Assembly (NCBI GenBank): GCA_020536535.1
Contig: JAHLWZ010000954.1
Coordinates: forward strand, 1-38,858
Length of the DNA: 38,858 nucleotides
From: Pelomyxa schiedti
Lineage: Eukaryota; Protista; Evosea
Direction of reading: 5' to 3'
The position numbers and the translations under genes are program-made. Below, piece after piece: positions 36,270 through 38,858 of the stretch. The notes beneath the pieces are model-generated. The model made no database searches. It worked only from the letters and a program-made list of their open reading frames with translations, and was not told where the DNA came from. Every line of letters starts with the position of its first letter. Position 1 is the stretch's first letter.

Positions 36270-38444
36270 ATGCTGCGCAGAGCGACCGCGAAACCGGGGC
36301 GTGGCCGACGAGGCCGGGAACAAAGCGGCAAGGGGGACCCGCAGGCGCCAAGTGCGAGTCCACTCCAAAGGGAAGCGGACCGGAGCCCGTCGCGGGGACG
36401 CCGCGGTTCTAGAGCCGCAACAGAGGGAGAGGAGGGGCGGCGTGGGGTGAGGTGCGTCCCGCGGTGCCCGGGCTCTCGCCCCACCGGGAGGGGCCGGGGC
36501 AGGGCCAGTCCCAGCGCCGCTCGTTCGCCGACTACGGCTGCGGCTACTGTGACTGCGGCGAACTCGGGGGGCCCGGGGATGAAGGGTTATTTCTACGATC
36601 CTGTGAAGAACCGGTACTTCAAAGTGGGTGCACACTTGCCAGTTTTTCGTTACTACATTCGTTGTGTATCTAATAATGGCTTCTTCGTTGTTTTTGGATA
36701 ACCGTTAATTGCCAGATTGATAAGGACCACCCAGCTCCGAAAATTGAAGTACCCAAGCCTGCACCACCACATAAACCACGCAACTCTCTTATCAAGCTTC
36801 TATGCACTCAACAAATGGGAGTTCGTTCTACATCACCGGCTGCATTGCAATCACATCTCCGCAGTGCCCTACTGGAATCTCGCTTCCACAACAATTCAGC
36901 TTGCACTGAGACATGTCAAACAACCACCACGAAAACCTACCGGGATAGTTCACGCTATGTCTCATTCACAGTTGGATACGGCCAAGACATTCTTCACACT
37001 ACAGGCGGAACTATAACTTGCATTGCCCAGTCTTCTAAACAACTGAACTGCGACGCCCCATCTTCCAGGCTCATTATTGGCACAAGTTCAGGCCATATTG
37101 CGTCTCTTACTCCGCGTATTACAAGTGGCGGGATCCCAAACCTTCTGGAGAATGCCTGTTTCCCATCTCATGTGTCAAACACGTCCGTCGGAGCATTGGG
37201 ACCGGTGTGGACACTGAAATGGACCCCTCGTTCCGGTGAGGGTATATTTCTTGCAGGATTCCTTGGAGGGACGCATCCTGGTATAACAAAGTGCCATTCC
37301 TGCCTTGACTGTTTGTATATTTAACGGTTTTCCATAGGACAAGCAAATTTAATGCAAGTCACAAGTGAAGGATGTAAATCACTCTTAGAGATGAAACTTC
37401 AGCAGGGTACTCTATGGGACTGTGAATGGTTAGACAACTCTGGTGCTCTCACTTCTGGGCGAGGACTTCTCCTCTATGACATCACCACGTGAGTATAAAA
37501 ATTAATTTGATGTAGGTGACTCACTCGTTCACCCATTGTCTTTTAGGAACAAAGCACTCCGGTCTCTGAAAGGCACCTCAAGTGAAGTGGTCCAGCTTTC
37601 TACTGCCAATACAGTATCCGCCCTGCTTGCCGGTTGCAGGAATGGCACTGTCTCACTTGCAGATACCCGGGACCCTCGAGGATTCCAAGGATTGATGTGC
37701 CAAACTCCGGGCCAAGTTTGTGCCATGCAAGTTCTGACCCTATCTCCGTGGAATTTCATAGTCAGCTCCACGAACAACCACTTGGCCATGTGGGACCTGC
37801 GATTCCCCGCCTCCGCCTCGTCATCATCATCAACAGCAACAACATCACCACCCCCCCCACCACCACCAACAACAACAACATCATCATCCCCATCACCATG
37901 CAAGAGTAATACGAGGCAAGTGGTGGTGGAATACAGCGGGCACGTGAACTCCCACGCCACCCACGCGCACCTCTCGCTGTTCATGGGGGAGTCGCTGGTC
38001 AGCAGCGGCAGCAGTGACGGCCGCGTCCGCCTGTGGGATGTGCTCTCGGGCAAGCAGATGTGCCAGGACGCGTTCGCCCCGCCGCTGCGGCCGAGCGCGA
38101 GCGGGAGCGGGAGCCCCGGCACCGGCGGCTCGGGCGGGGGAAGCGGCAGCATGCTCGAGTGCGTGTCATTCTGCCACCTGTGGGAGTTTGGCTCTGCGGT
38201 GGAGGACTACTTTGCGTGGCGGCAGCAGCAGGAGCTGGTGAGGCTGCGGCACTCGGCGCTCAGCGCGGCGCACAGGGTGTGGGGCCAGGGCTTGGAGGGG
38301 GACCCGGACTCGCCCATGGCGCTGAATGACGACGAGTGCGGCCTCGGCCTGGCTCGGTCAGAGCCGATGCAGTGGGATGGATTGTGGGTGGCTACCCCCG
38401 GGCACCTCAATTTCCTGCCTCTGTGGGACAACGACCGGGTTTAG
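36270..38444 (+). CDS. DCAF4: DCAF4/WDR21-like WD40 protein (DDB1-CUL4 substrate receptor); alternative start at 36579
   Basis: Arg-rich N-terminus, then GYFYDPVKNRYFK, the DCAF4-type helical box. WD repeats LLAGCRNGTVSLADTR, LAMWDLR, YSGHVNSH and SGSSDGRVRLWD. Stop at 38442-38444. Confidence 0.75.
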
Positions 38445-38514
38445 GCTCACAAAAAAGTGGATCTTCCGATTCTGAGAAAGTTATTCGAATAAAAGGCAAA
38501 AAAAAAAACGAAGG

Positions 38515-38858
38515 ATGAGCAACAGGGCAGACGGCAGGAAGGAAAACGTGTGTGGCGACGACCCTGCGTCGTGGACACCCATAATAGAGTGCGCGTTCGT
38601 AGACGAAGGGAACGGGAGTACGATGATTTCTCCCGATGTAGCTGCCGCCGAGGCGAAGCGGCGCGTCGTTCTGTGCTCGAAAAAGGGCTGGCACAAAATT
38701 CTGAAGGACCTTTACACCGAAGCGGCGACTTACACGAAGTACTCCGATTATATCTACGACCCTCAGCCCCAGGTCGTAGATGCAATGTACGGCTCCGTGT
38801 CTTTCCCCCCCCAAAATCATTGTTGTTACAGTGGAGACCGCTTTGGCCAATTGTTTGA
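38515..38858 (+). CDS. 5' part of an unknown gene (open to the window end, absent from the ORF track); last 52 nt probably foreign to it
   Basis: ATG at 38515; the frame MSNRADGRKENVCGDDPASW...YIYDPQPQ... has no stop to base 38858. Confidence 0.45.
   Translation, partial: MSNRADGRKENVCGDDPASWTPIIECAFVDEGNGSTMISPDVAAAEAKRRVVLCSKKGWHKILKDLYTEAATYTKYSDYIYDPQPQVVDAMYGSVSFPPQNHCCYSGDRFGQLF
38807..38858 (+). repeat. Exact 52-nt direct copy of 24348-24399
   Basis: ccccccaaaatcattgttgttacagtggagaccgctttggccaattgtttga occurs at both positions. Confidence 0.97.

Noticed and set aside
35457-36484. Several long overlapping ORFs (35457-36023, 35743-36450, 35843-36211 and others)
   Set aside because: GC-rich shadows of the Med20 frame with no recognisable motifs.

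Overview
Gene-dense eukaryotic DNA with many short (~33-60 nt) GT-AG introns and very short intergenic gaps. It looks amoebozoan, possibly an archamoeba such as Pelomyxa; this is an inference from gene content and family style and was not searched. I reconstruct about 12 spliced genes: an intronless hypothetical, an RRM protein, a ~1,665-aa multidomain gene, an ARH1-like ADP-ribosylhydrolase, a fimbrin-type CH-CH/polyQ/vWA fusion, a hypothetical, an ~11-kb Pats1-like Roco kinase, a Cdc123-like ATP-grasp protein, APE1, a CTL/SLC44-like transporter, MED20 and a DCAF4-like WD40 protein, plus partial ORFs at both ends. The highlight is 3934-9641(-). The ORF track shows it as six or more pieces, but it splices in frame into a bacterial-type VIT-vWA-TPR-DUF2135(YfaP) scaffold. 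Its middle carries an ESCRT-III (CHMP1/2-like) domain, an apparently circularly permuted Rab7-like GTPase (G2-G3-G4-G5 then G1) and a second degenerate Ras-like domain. Also notable: an actobindin/WH2-like motif spliced onto the Cdc123-like ligase, and a Roco whose RhoGAP, myotubularin and Roc modules look disabled while the kinase is intact. The last 52 nt duplicate an internal exon and are probably chimeric. No rRNA, tRNA, CRISPR or transposon was recognised. All family assignments come from motif recognition by eye.
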